Translations under genes and position numbers: made by a program
Assembly (NCBI GenBank): GCA_951406725.2
Contig: OX597814.1
Location: 190,712,001 to 190,776,000, forward strand
DNA: 64,000 nt
Direction of reading: 5' to 3'
Origin: Octopus vulgaris
Lineage: Eukaryota
The notes under the pieces: generated by a model
What the model saw: only the letters and a program-made list of their open reading frames with translations
What the model was told of the DNA's origin: nothing
The model's database searches: none
In this document: piece by piece, positions 27,030 to 39,652 of the stretch
How positions within the stretch are numbered: position 1 is the first letter of the stretch
Layout of the letters: each line of letters opens with the position of its first letter

Positions 27030-27900
27030 CAAATTTAGGCACAGGGCCAGCAATTTAATTTAGTATGAGGGAGGGAGTTAGTCGATTATATCGACCCCGG
27101 TACTTGATAGGTATTTTATCGACCCTGAAAGAATAACAGTTAAAGTTAACCTCGGCAAGATTTGAACTCAGAACGTAAAGAATCGGAGGAACTAAGCAAA
27201 ACATTTCTTCCGACACTTTACTGATCATAACAACTACCGTCCTATTTTAATAATAATTCTTTCGAATTTTTGGCACAAAACCAGCAATACTGGGGAGACG
27301 GGCAAGTCGATTACATCGATCTCAGTATTTGACTGATACTTTATTTTATCGGCCCTGGAGGGATGAAAGATAAAGTTGATCCCGGTGAAATTTGAACTCA
27401 GAACGTAATGAGTCGGAAGAAATCTCAGTAAGCATTTTTTCTGAAGCTTTAATGATCCAGCCAATATGTCATATAATCCCTATTTTAATAACAATGCTTT
27501 CTGATTTGGGCACACGGCCAACAATTTTGAGGGGAGGGCTTGATCGATACCATAGACCGATGTACTTGACTAGGGCGAAGGTAAAGAAATCGCACACCAC
27601 CCGTTTTCGGCGTTTAGGGGTTGGGTTAGGGTTACGCCGAAAACGGGTGGTGTGCATATTCTTTACCCCCACCCTTGACTAGTACTTTATTTTATCGACC
27701 CCCGGAAGGATAGTAGGCAAAGTTGACTTCGAAGTAGGATTTGAACTCAGAATGCAAGGAGTCGGAAGAACTACAACGAAACACTTCTTCCGACACACTA
27801 TCGATTCTGCCCTACTTTAATAATAATGGGGATAGTCCATTAAATCTACCCCAGGACTAAGCTAGTACCTTGTTTTCTTAAACCTGGAAGGATGAAAAAC
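27030..27900 (-). mobile_element. Tandem array of ~3.5 diverged SINE family B units (~235-bp period)
   Basis: Units start near 27034, 27270 and 27505; each contains tttgaactcagaa and is followed by ccta(t/c)tttaataa. Confidence 0.75.
27573..27674. mobile_element. 102-bp hairpin MITE with a telomere-like loop
   Basis: ~40-bp arms around ttaggggttgggttagggtt; ttgacta duplicated on both sides; sits inside a SINE unit. Confidence 0.85.
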
Positions 27901-28495
27901 AAAACAAAGAAATACCGCAAGGTATTCTATAAGAAAGAAATTGGGAAACGCATCATGTGTGACAGAAAGGGGTCACATAAGATAAGCACGGTAATAGGAA
28001 TGGAGGGTGTTAATGAAGCATGGTTTTATAAGAAAGAAAACAAAATAAAAAGAGGCGAGGCTCCTGACATATCTGAAACAACAACATCAGTGACGAGAGG
28101 TAAGGCAGGTAAAACTGTCAGCTATATTTCTAGATTAAATGTTGTAACACATTTTCTAGACATATCTACAAGTGGCCTTATCAAAAGCGAAGGTGAAAAA
28201 AACGACTTTTCTAAATGTAAAATTCAAACGTCTTATATTTGTAAATTTTCTCAGTAACTTTATTTGTTTATTCAATAATGTTTTAAAAATAAATAAAATT
28301 CCAGGTATAATTTGAAAAAAAAACTAAAATCACAATAACAATAACTTTGTAAGTCCCCTAATAGATTGCATACACGTGAAATTAAAAACATTTCGAGTCA
28401 CAAACATGATCGCTAGACCTGTTAGAAATAATAGCTAAATTTTCCTCAAATTACATCCTTAAATAAATGACACATTAGATAATGAAATCCTCGGT

Positions 28496-28670
28496 GGCCC
28501 CAAAAAAAGGAGGGATGGTCACAGCTGGAATACCTTTGATCATAGGTGTACTCGATCGCGGTTGACGTGGGACTAAATATTTTGGCCCAAAAAAAGGAGG
28601 GATGGTCACAGCTGGAATACCTTTGATCATAGGTGTACTCGATCGCGGTTGACGTGGGACTAAATATTTT
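28496..28670. repeat. Near-perfect 87-bp tandem duplication within an old interspersed repeat
   Basis: caaaaaaaggagggatggtcacagctgg...gggactaaatattt at 28501 and 28588. Confidence 0.95.
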
Positions 28671-28742
28671 ACATTAAATGCATTTTCATATTATGACAAA
28701 TAAATGGGTGTGGATAGTTACCTAATTAGTCATAAACCATAC

Positions 28743-28904
28743 CTGAACACTGTCACCAAATAGTAATCATTGAGAAAAAATAAGATCGAAAAATACTCGG
28801 GGTCTCGGTGCTTTGGAGGGGGCATTTAACTTACTACCTGTGCGATTGTCACACTGTGGGTAGTAAATGGAATCTGGATAATTTCACCAATGAGGTGAGA
28901 ACAA
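28743..28904 (-). other. Candidate leader exon 2 of a minus-strand gene
   Basis: Acceptor tactcttttaaAG| at 28905, strong donor CAG|GTATGG at 28743; unique sequence. Confidence 0.65.
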
Positions 28905-29114
28905 CTTTAAAAGAGTATATATGACAAACAGCGCTAGGGAAAAAATTTTGCCAAACTAACACAACAGAAAAAGAAAAATTATAAAATTAAGTTTCAAGAA
29001 TATATAAATGAGAGGCAGAGAGAAAAAAGGCAAAAGAACTGAAAAAAGTTTTTAGAACCATATTAAAAATCAATTAATACCTGATAAAAATCGTTGGAAC
29101 GTCGCGGTATCCAT
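28849..29114 (-). CDS. Spliced 29-aa uORF MDTATFQRFLSVVLTSLVKLSRFHLLPTV (29114-29081 joined to 28904-28849)
   Basis: ATG in gatATGG context, 176-nt GT-AG intron, in-frame TGA; resemblance to the vertebrate MAPK6 conserved uORF is from memory only. Confidence 0.55.
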
Positions 29115-29400
29115 ATCACAGAGGATCTCAATATATTACAAAAAGAATTGTTTTGTGACAGCAATTATATATCTTGCTTCGCTTGTGGCACAGTGCTACG
29201 ATTTACTCTTGTTTCTTTCATTAATTACATCCGTAGACACGAATTTATCATATATATATTGTTTCTTTGTGAAAGCTCCGGTCAAGAACAACTCTGCCAT
29301 AAGTTCGCCGTGAAATCACTCACAGCCATGACCACTGGCAAAGTGCGATGAATAATAATAGACATAAAAACACCCGTCAGCGCGCACACACATACACATA
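29081..29400 (-). other. Candidate first exon (5' leader) of a minus-strand gene running off the left edge
   Basis: Unique, locally CpG-rich; donor CAG|GTATTA at 29081; TSS position approximate. Confidence 0.6.
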
Positions 29401-29520
29401 GATATCCGAAGCACTAAGAAGGAAAAAAGAAAGTTAGTGTTAGAGCACGTGACCTAGCCGACTACGACTTTATTTGTTATCAACTAATGTTAGATAATGT
29501 GAGTTATTTTCAAATGGAGC
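29400..29520. promoter_or_regulatory. Putative (possibly bidirectional) promoter with an E-box CACGTGAC
   Basis: gagCACGTGACc at ~29446-29453, directly upstream of the candidate first exon. Confidence 0.4.
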
Positions 29521-29751
29521 ACTGCTTTTTATGGAATCCCATCGGTGACATACTTTTATAATGTTACTAAATGTAAGAAATAAAACAAAAAAATTGTTGT
29601 TGCGCTTTCTTAGAAATTAAAACTTTGCACCTAATCTACTATCTTTGAAGTATTTAATGCAAAAAAAAAATGTACGCCTTAAAAGTGAAAAATAAACTTG
29701 AATTTATATGCGTGTGTGTTTGTATGCATATGTATGTATATGATATGAACG

Positions 29752-30515
<764 letters not shown>

Positions 30516-30516
30516 A

Positions 30517-30678
30517 CCGTATGTTAATGTGTATAAGGAACCCCTAATTTAGGGGACTTAAAATTTGGAAAAAAAAGTTTTTTAGGGGATTATAATACTA
30601 TCCATGTATAAGAAACTCCCATATTTTTTTAACCTAATTTTTGACAAAAACGGGTTCCTTATATACCTTAAAATACGG
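30517..30678. mobile_element. pogo/Tc2-like MITE
   Basis: TA|CCGTATGTTAATGTGTATAAGGAACCC ... GGGTTCCTTATATACCTTAAAATACGG|TA. Confidence 0.85.
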
Positions 30679-31074
30679 TACATACATAGGTGGTCAATAG
30701 GCAGTGTGGTTAAAGTAATGGATCAATTCTTTTGCAATAATCATTCAGGTTGTCTTCACTATCTCACTAAGACAAACTTTGCTTTCATTATTATGTAATT
30801 GATTAAAGAAATAAAGTACTGTCCTGTACTTGAATCGATTCTTCTCTTTCTTTCAGTCTTTCTCTGTCTAACTGTTTCTCTCATCTGGAAGTTATCAGCT
30901 ACAGTCCAGCCTGAAGAGAGTCTGTCTGCTCTGAAAATGCCCCAGACATGTCACATGTCATGACAACACTCCTACAACTAGATCAAGGAATTGAGCACCC
31001 TAGCAAAGGCAATTTGTGTGTGTGTGTGTGAGTGTGTGTATGCATGAATCTATGTGAATATATGTGTATATGTA

Positions 31075-31110
<36 letters not shown>

Positions 31111-31112
<2 letters not shown>

Positions 31113-31322
31113 GTTAATCCAAACATGAAAACACAAAGAGAAAACATGACAACGCGAGGACGTGGAACAAGTATAGTATTATTGGACGCTCAGGAAAGAA
31201 GGAAAGAAGAAGGGTTTAACGTTTCGAGCGGAGCTCTTCGTCAGAAACATAGGAAAAGGAAAGATCCAAAGAAGGGAAGACAGAGGAAAAAAAATCCCCA
31301 ACAGTACACATGCGGTCACATT

Positions 31323-31362
<40 letters not shown>

Positions 31363-31542
31363 GGCGATTTTCTTTCTCCGTCTTCCCTTCCTTGGACCTT
31401 TCCTTTTTCTATGTTTCTGACGAAGAGCTCTGCTCGAAACATTAAATCAACCTTCTTTCTTTCCTTTCCTGAGCATCCAAATAACACTAAACTTGTTCCA
31501 CATCCTTGTGTTGTTGGATTTCCTCTTTGTTCATGTTTGGAT

Positions 31543-31547
<5 letters not shown>
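31111..31547. mobile_element. Inverted pair (tails outward) of a hammerhead-bearing repeat around (TA)n
   Basis: Minus motif gttt-CTGACGA-agagc tcc gctc-GAAAC-GTT-aaac at 31214-31248; + copy at 31413-31447. Confidence 0.8.
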
Positions 31548-31581
<34 letters not shown>

Positions 31582-31586
<5 letters not shown>

Positions 31587-32350
31587 CTGTGAATCCTGAG
31601 AAAATGCATAGGCTTGAAAGAAATGAAGCTAGTGTGCTCCGCTGGATGTGTGTAATGTCAGTGTGCATGCACAACAAAGTGTAAGCTTCCTGAGAAAAAA
31701 GTTGGACATCAGAAGTATCAGATGTGGTGTGCAAGAGAGACAACTGTGCTGATATGGTCATTTGATATGCATATGGATGAGGACAGCTGTGTGAGGAGGT
31801 GTCACGCCCGAACTGTGGAGGGAACCTGTGAAAGAGGTTGACCTAGAAAGAATGTGAAGAGGTGGTGAAGCACAGCCTTCAAACGTTGGGCCTCACAGAG
31901 GCAATGACAAGTGACCGAGACCTTTGGAGATATGCTGTGCTTAAGAAGACACAGCAAGCCAAGTGAGATCGTAGTTGTGGCCGATACCAGTGTCGCATAA
32001 CTGGCTCATTTAAAAGCACCCTTCAATCTTTGAGTGATATGCCATGCTTATGAAGACCTGTTGAACCCAGTGAAAATGTAGTCGTGGAAGATTGGCATCC
32101 ATGCTGGTGGCACATAAAAATCATCACTTAAGTGCGGCCAATGCACCTGTGCCAGTGGCACATAAAAAGCATCATTCGAATGTGGCTAATGCCAGTGCCA
32201 CCTGAATGGTACTTGTGCTGGTGACATGTAAAAAGCACCCACTACACTCTTAGTGTGGTTGGTGTTAGGAAGGGCATCCAGCTGTAGAGACCTTGCCAAA
32301 TCAGATTGGAGCATGGTGCAGCCTCCAAGTTTGCCAGTTCTCAGTCAGAC
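31582..32350 (+). mobile_element. 5'-truncated degraded RTE LINE (ORF C-terminus plus 3' UTR)
   Basis: MHRLERNEASVLRWMC matches MRRLERNEASMIRWMC in the 42469 ORF. Confidence 0.9.
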
Positions 32351-32359
32351 TACCCAGTT

Positions 32360-34760
32360 TAGAAGTTACTGAATTTTCAAGAAGATATACATTGTTACAG
32401 ACTCTGCCATAAAAACTGATCCCATAAAAGCAAAAAAATCAGTGACAGGTAGAGTCACTGATTTTTTTGTTTTCATGGGATCAGTTTTAATTTATAGACT
32501 AGTTTATCAAGTCCCTTGTATATCTAAGGCTGAGAGAACAGAGGGCAGTGTCTGTTAGGGCTGAGGGAGCAGACAGACATCATAGCTGGTATAGTCATAA
32601 AAATCAAGATTTATTAGAAGCAATATCATGAGGTTTGGTAAAGGAAAACTTAAAATAAGATGTTAGCTGATAATTAAGACCACTGATAATGAAACAGGGG
32701 AAGTCTTATCATGTAGTTAAATATTTTAAACAATGTTACTATATTGTATACAGTTAAAGTTTAGGGTTATTCAAATAATTATTAAGAAGAATATTATAAC
32801 AAAAGGATAGAAATTTATGAATACTTTTGAGTATATACCAAACTTTTACTGCAATAGAGGGAGGAAAAGAAATTATCCTGAAATAGTTTAATATCTATAC
32901 ATATTGTACACTTAAATACTAACTCATTAGATGGTATCTGTGAATATTGATTAATTGATATATACAGGTATTAATAAAGGAGTATTGAGGTAAAGGAACA
33001 TGCTAATTATATATTAATAAAATTATAATCGAAGCAGTATTTTTTTATTAGTAGTGAATATACCAGTATAGTTTTATATAAGCTAAGTATGAATTCACAG
33101 AGATGCAAAAATTAGATTAATTCTATAAATAAATAAAGGCTAATTATAAAATAATAAAGAAATAAAATAAACAAGTAGGGCAGAACACTATAGAAAAGGA
33201 AATAAAATGGCTTAATTACTAATACTATGGTAATGTATATGTAGCTAATTAACACCAATAGAAAAGATTTTTTTTAAATGTATAATTCAAAATATATCAG
33301 ACTAAAAATTATATATTTACTTATTTAGCTAATATCAATAAAAGACTGATGTCTGGAATCAGCTAAAGGAATATTTAAGTTATGTAACGATCATATTTTA
33401 CACTAATCTTTTTTTAAAACTAAGGGTTATATCATAAGTTTAAGAAGTTATTATTGTTACTCCCTACATGATATTTATAGTTTCTTAGTGGTACTTGTTT
33501 AGAAGGGTTATTTATATAAAGGCCCTTATAAATACTAAGATGTGGGGGGGGTGTTAGAACCATTTAAGAAAGAGATAAATCAAGTAATTTCTAAAGATCA
33601 TTTCAAACAATATTGTCTTATTGTATAAAGTTAAAATTTAGGGTAATCAAGAAGATTATTAAGAATGAAATTTTAACAAAATGATAAAACTTCTTTGAAT
33701 ATTTTGAGTATATACCAAATTTTTACCACAATAGAGGGAGGAAAAGAAAATTGCAAAGAAATAGTTTAATATTTATTTACATATTACTTATCTAAATATT
33801 AACCTATTATATGGTTTCTATGGAGATTGATCAAATGGATTTAATTGATATTTAATAAGGGAGCAACTGAGGTTAAAGAATATGTCAACTATATACTGAT
33901 TTAATTAAATTGAACTATTTTAAGTTGTCGAGATACTGGTATTACCTTATATAAGCTGAGTACGAATTAATAGGGGTACAAGGGTTAAATTTATTTAAGA
34001 CTACTATAAAATAATAATAACAATAACAATAATAAAATGATCAGTTAGGGTAGGGCATCATAGAAAAGGAATAAAAACAGCCTAATCACTAAAAACCATA
34101 ATAAAATATCCATACCTTATTAATTTCAATAGCAAGTATTTATAGAAAATGTATAATAATTTAAGTATTATGAGCTAAAAATTGTTAATTAACTTATTTA
34201 GCTTATTATAATCAGGTATTGGTTAAAAGAATAATTGCCGTTAAAAGGACATGCTAATCATATACTAATATTAAATTAAGAGGTATAATATAGATTTCAA
34301 AATTTATTTGTGTTAATCCATAAATGATATTACAGTTTCTTAGGGGTATTTAATTAGAAGGGCTGTTTGCATAAAGCCGATATAAATACCAAAATTAAGA
34401 GGACGGAACACTTTAAGAAAGGTATAAAAAAACTTAGTTGCTAAAACTATTTTAAACAATATGTTATTGTTGTAAAAAGTTAAAATTTAGGGTTATCAGG
34501 AAGATTTATCATAGAGGTGAGAGGACAAATTTACTATAAATTAGTTAAATTATAATTTAGGTAGCTTAATTTTTAAGTTGTGAAGATACCCATATTGTTT
34601 TTATAAGCTGAGTATGGATTTATAGGGGAACAAAAATTTAGGTGTGTCTAAAGGCAATTATAAAGTATTAAAATGATTGGGTTGGGTAGAAACACCATAG
34701 AAAATTATATGAAATAGCTTAATCACTAAATTCATGATGAAGTATATATACAACTTAGTG
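32360..34760. repeat. AT-rich element body with ~860-bp diverged tandem units
   Basis: Units start at ~32728, 33605 and 34454; shared blocks such as tataagct(a/g)agta at 33077, 33950 and 34602. Confidence 0.75.
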
Positions 34761-34785
34761 TGTGTGTATATATATATATATATAT

Positions 34786-35366
34786 CATCATCATCATCAT
34801 CATCATCATTTAGCGTCCGCTTTCCATGCTAGCATGGGTTGGACGGGTCAACTGGGGTCTGTGAAGCTGGAAGGCTTCGTCAGGCCCAGTCAGATCTGGC
34901 AGTGTTTCTACGGCTGGATGCCCTTCCTAACGCCAACCACTCCGCGAGTGTAGTGGGTGTTTTTTACGTGCCACCTGCACAGGTGCCAGACAGAGCTGGC
35001 GAACGGCCACGAACGGATGGTGCTTTTACGTGTCACCGGCACGGGGCCAGGCGATGCTGGCAACGGACACGAACGGATGGTGCTTTTACGTGCCACCGAC
35101 ACGGGGCCAGACAGAGCTGGCAACCGTAAAAAGCACCAGCCGATCATGGCCGTTTGCCAGCCTCCTCTGGCCCCTGTGCTGGTGGCATGTAAAAGGCACC
35201 CACTACACTCACGGAGTGGTTGGCATTAGGAAGGACATCCAGCTGTAGAAACACTGCCAAATCACACTGGAACCTGGTGCGGCCTCCTGGCTTCCCAGAC
35301 CCCGGTCGAATCATCCAACCCTTGCTAGCATGGAAAACAGACGTTAAATGATGATGATGATGATGA

Positions 35367-35370
<4 letters not shown>
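34786..35370. mobile_element. Two RTE 3' ends fused head to head, tails outward
   Basis: Minus copy 34786-35125 abuts plus copy 35125-35370; (TA)n on both sides. Confidence 0.8.
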
Positions 35371-35413
<43 letters not shown>

Positions 35414-36122
35414 GTGTGTGTGTGTGTGTGAGTGTGTGAATCTTTTCTTGTGACCTAAATTTCACATTTTATTTCTTTTCAGAAATCCAGGGAGAAAGGA
35501 CAGCTTGTCTTTCTAAAGTATGCTCACATCAGAAGCTGAAAACTTATAGCCAAGTGCAAGAAAAGCACCTAAGATATAAGAAGGTGTTTTTACATGCCAC
35601 TTGCATGGGTATCTTAACTACAATTTCCATTTGATTTTTATTTTGATGTTTGTGTTGACATATTTGACTCAATAGGTCTCCTCAAGAACAGCGGGTCACT
35701 CTACGAGCCAAGGTTAGCACAACAGGCCATCCTGTGATCCATGAACTCATTTCATTTGTCGGGTCTTTGCAGAGGTCTCGGTCTTTCGTCATTTCCTTTG
35801 TGTGGCCCAACGTGCCACCGGCATATAAGGAAACAGCATTGAACATGAATGACTGTGGTTTTGGAATCTCATTTTGCAACTCAAATTAGAGTTCTGTTCA
35901 TTCTTAGTATTTCTGTTTTGGGGAATCTGAGATCAACTAGGTATCTTCCAAAATCTGACACATTTTCTCTCTCTCTTTCTCTTCCTCTCTCTCTCTCTCT
36001 CTCTCTCAAAGAGCTTAGGCTTGAAACATCAAACACTTTTCCATTTTTCCCATGCACCAAACTAATAAATCTGCTTGTTGTTCCCTCACTTGTTTTTGTC
36101 TTTTGTTGCCTGTACATTTAAA

Positions 36123-36183
<61 letters not shown>

Positions 36184-36590
36184 TGCATACCTCGCTCTGT
36201 GTCCTTAATTGGTTCCAGGAAATACGACTTAAGTCGAAATAACATGTCTCTAGGCTAGGCTAGGCTGAATTTACTTGTCTCTAGGCTAAATCCCCATAAT
36301 AACCATTCCCACTTTTGTACTTTATTTATGAATGCATTTTCAATAATACATGGTTAACCTATTTTTAATAATACGTGGTTAACCTATTTTAAGCTTACAA
36401 ACAAATAATTTTATTCTTTAATACAGTACAGTAAAAAAAAGTTATGAATGCAATTTGGCGGTTTTTACCATACATATATATATATATATATATATGATGA
36501 TGATGATGATGATGATATACCGGAGTAAACACATAAATGTGAAACAAGGTGGAAAAAAGAGTACTCAAATACCAGTGGTAGAGTAATATG

Positions 36591-37122
36591 CTTTATTTTA
36601 AGCAGCAGAAAATTCAACAAAATCTGTTACTCTGAGTTTCTCGTTGCCGTTCATCAGACAGTTTTTGCTAGAATGGAACCGATATATCAATTCAATCTAG
36701 ACTCTTACAAACGCTACACCTTTTAAAAAAATGGACTTGTTTGATTGGCCCTTTAGAAAAAACGGTCAATCTTCGAGCGATAAACAAAAAGGTCAAAAAT
36801 ATATGTATATATATATAAATACTTATAAAAATTATAAAATTCGAGGAATTATAAAATTCCTCGAATTTTATAATTTTTATAATTTTTATAAGTATTTATA
36901 TATATATACATATATTTTTGACCTTTTTGTTTATCACTCGAAGATTGACCGTTTTTCTAAATGGCCAATCAAACAAGTCCATTTTTTTAAAAGGTGTAGC
37001 ATTTGTAAGAGTCTAGATTGAATTGATATATCGGTTCCATTCTAGCAAAAACTGTCTGATGAACGGCAACGAGAAACTCAGAGTAACAGATTTTGTTGAA
37101 TTTTCTGCTGCTTAAAATAAAG
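36591..37122. mobile_element. ~530-bp near-perfect palindrome with a hammerhead in each arm
   Basis: Centre ~36852; + motif ctgt-CTGATGA-acg gcaa cga-GAAAC-tcaga-GTA-acag at 37052-37089. Confidence 0.9.
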
Positions 37123-37153
<31 letters not shown>

Positions 37154-37635
37154 TCATCATCATCATTTAACATCTGCTTTCCATGCTAGCATGGGCTGGA
37201 CGAATGACTGAGGGCTGGCAGACCAGATGGCTGCACCAGGCTCCAATCTTGATCTGGCAGAGTTTCTACAGCTGGATGCCCTTCCTAACGCCAACCACTC
37301 TGAGAGTGTAGTGGGTGCTTTTACGTGACACCAGCACGGGGCCAGTCAGGCAGTACTGGCAACGACCTCACTCGAATCTATTACACATGCCACCGGTACA
37401 GGTGCCAGTGAGGCAATGCTGGTAACGATCATGCTCGAATGGTGTCTTTTACGTGCCACCGGCATGGAGGCCAGATAGCCACTCTGGCAACGATCACGCT
37501 CAGATGGTGCTCTTAATACCCTACGGGGCTCAAGTGCCAGTAATGTGACGCTGGTAACGATTATGCTCGAATGATGCCTTTTAAGTGCCACTGGCATGGA
37601 AGCCGGTTATATATACATACATATATATATATATA

Positions 37636-38429
37636 TCTATATATTATAAATCTGAAATGCGAATAGTTTGTTTGTTTGTCTGGTTTTGGCATTGAGAACG
37701 GCTTAAAGGCCACTAGATCCCGTCGGATTGTCTCCAAAATTTACAGGGACATGTAAAAGGTGTCGTTGCTAGGGCCAAAAACGCACTTTGACAAGTCGAC
37801 TCTCATTCTTTTATGTATCTGTCTTCCTCCGTCACTCACTCTCTTTCCTCCATTCCCATCACTTTCTATATATAATGTCGTTTAACAGCGTCTAACTCCC
37901 CTTCACTTTCTCTTTATAACGTTGTCAAACAGCGTTCTATATCTCCCCCTCACCGCCTTCGACAGCGCTTTCACACTCTCTCTCTCTCTCTCACTACGTC
38001 TGTCTGCATTCATACACAGAATTATCATCGCCACCACCACCACACAATCATGAGAACAAATATTATGAATCAAATATTTATTGGGTTAATTTATATATGT
38101 GTGTGTGTGTGTGTGTTCTATATATAAATATGTATATTAAACTTTTTAATACTTTTTGATAGTTATATATATTTTTTTTAAATTATAAATATAAATTAAT
38201 AATTTTAATTTTAAATTTAAATAATTTTAATTTTTAAATTTTATATTTTATATATTTTGTATATTATATTTTTATTTTTATGTTTTCGTTTATGTTTTTC
38301 ACTGTTTGATTTGCCTATGAGTGGTTTTATCTCTAATTCAATTTATATATATATATATATATATATATAATTTGTATACATTTGTATATATAATGCGTAC
38401 ACACACACACACATATATATATATAATGC

Positions 38430-38466
<37 letters not shown>

Positions 38467-39652
38467 GTGTGCATAATATGGTCGGTTGTGCTGAAAATAT
38501 GCACACCTATGTTAAAAGTGCTGGCGAGTTTGCATGGCAACTATTTTTTTCCTCAAATGAAAGGTGTGACCTCTAGGACAAAATTCCTCATCTTATAAAA
38601 TGTGACCCGAGTCGACCTGAATGAAATCGGGTTATATTAACCAAAATGTGAAAAGAGGTCTAAATGGGTCTTGAAGGGGATTAAGATTTACAGGAGCGGG
38701 TGTTTAGGAATTCTCTGTTACATGAAGCTAAAAAATTTGCGCCAGCCTTTAAATCGTCAACATGTTGCCGTCCATGATGAAGACGTTTTGAATGCTTGCC
38801 ATGGTGAGTCTACTGTCGTGAGAAAGAATCACTTCAAAGCTTGGTGTTTAGGAATTTTCTTTTATATCAAGTTCAAAATTTTACGCCAGCCGTTAAACTG
38901 CCACTATGTTACTGTCCGTCGTTAAGAAATGCCAGCCATGGTGACTCTACTATCCTCACATTCTATCCTTTCAAACTTTGGTTTCCAATATTTTTTTAAT
39001 TTTTATTCAGCTCGCAAGTTCGTCTGTCCCTTTTAAATGTTAGTGTTTTGCTTTCTGCCTTGAAGCAGACCTTTCCGTTGTCACTGCCTGATATTTATGA
39101 TTGATCTTTCAAACAACTTTCTTTCTCAACTTACTCAAGATCTTTTATTGTTTATAAATGGGAGAGAGATAGATAGAGAAAGATAGAGAGTAAGAGAAAG
39201 CAAAGGAGAGTCCGAGAGAAAGGAAGAGTAAGAGAGTGGGAAAGGGAGAGAGAAAGGAGAGAGAAACAAAGAGGGAGAATCATCATCATCATCATCATCG
39301 TTTAACGTCCGTTTTCCGTGCTAGCACGGGTTGGATGGTTTGACCGGGGTCTGGGAAGCCAGGAGGTTGCACCAGGCTCCAGTCTGATCTGGCAGTGTTT
39401 CTACAGCTGGGTGCCCTTCCTAACGCCAACCACTCCGTGATTGTAGTGGGTGCTTTTTTCGTGCCACGGGGGGAGGGGCACTGGCAGCGGCCACAATCGG
39501 TTGGTGCTTTTTACGTGCCACCGGCACAGAAGCCAGTCAAGGCGGCGCTGCCATCAGCCACGTTCAGATGGTGCTTTTCACGTGCCGAAAGGATGCAACA
39601 GAAAATAACAACCACACTCTTACCCGCGCATAGAGCAGGTCACCTTCAGCTA

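Noticed and set aside
27892-28257. 121-aa plus-strand ORF in unique A-rich sequence
   Set aside because: Starts inside a SINE remnant, has no recognisable motif and is antisense to the inferred intron
28770-28812. Minus-strand peptide RPRVFFDL resembling a cyclophilin N-terminus
   Set aside because: No in-frame start, a stop follows within five codons and no further cyclophilin exons are seen
29094-29351. 85-aa plus-strand ORF over the promoter island
   Set aside because: Non-ATG start; splice signals support the minus strand instead
30906-30945. CTGAAGA-gagt...gctct-GAAA possible hammerhead
   Set aside because: No stem III, NUH or stem I partner follows, so it is at most a decayed relic
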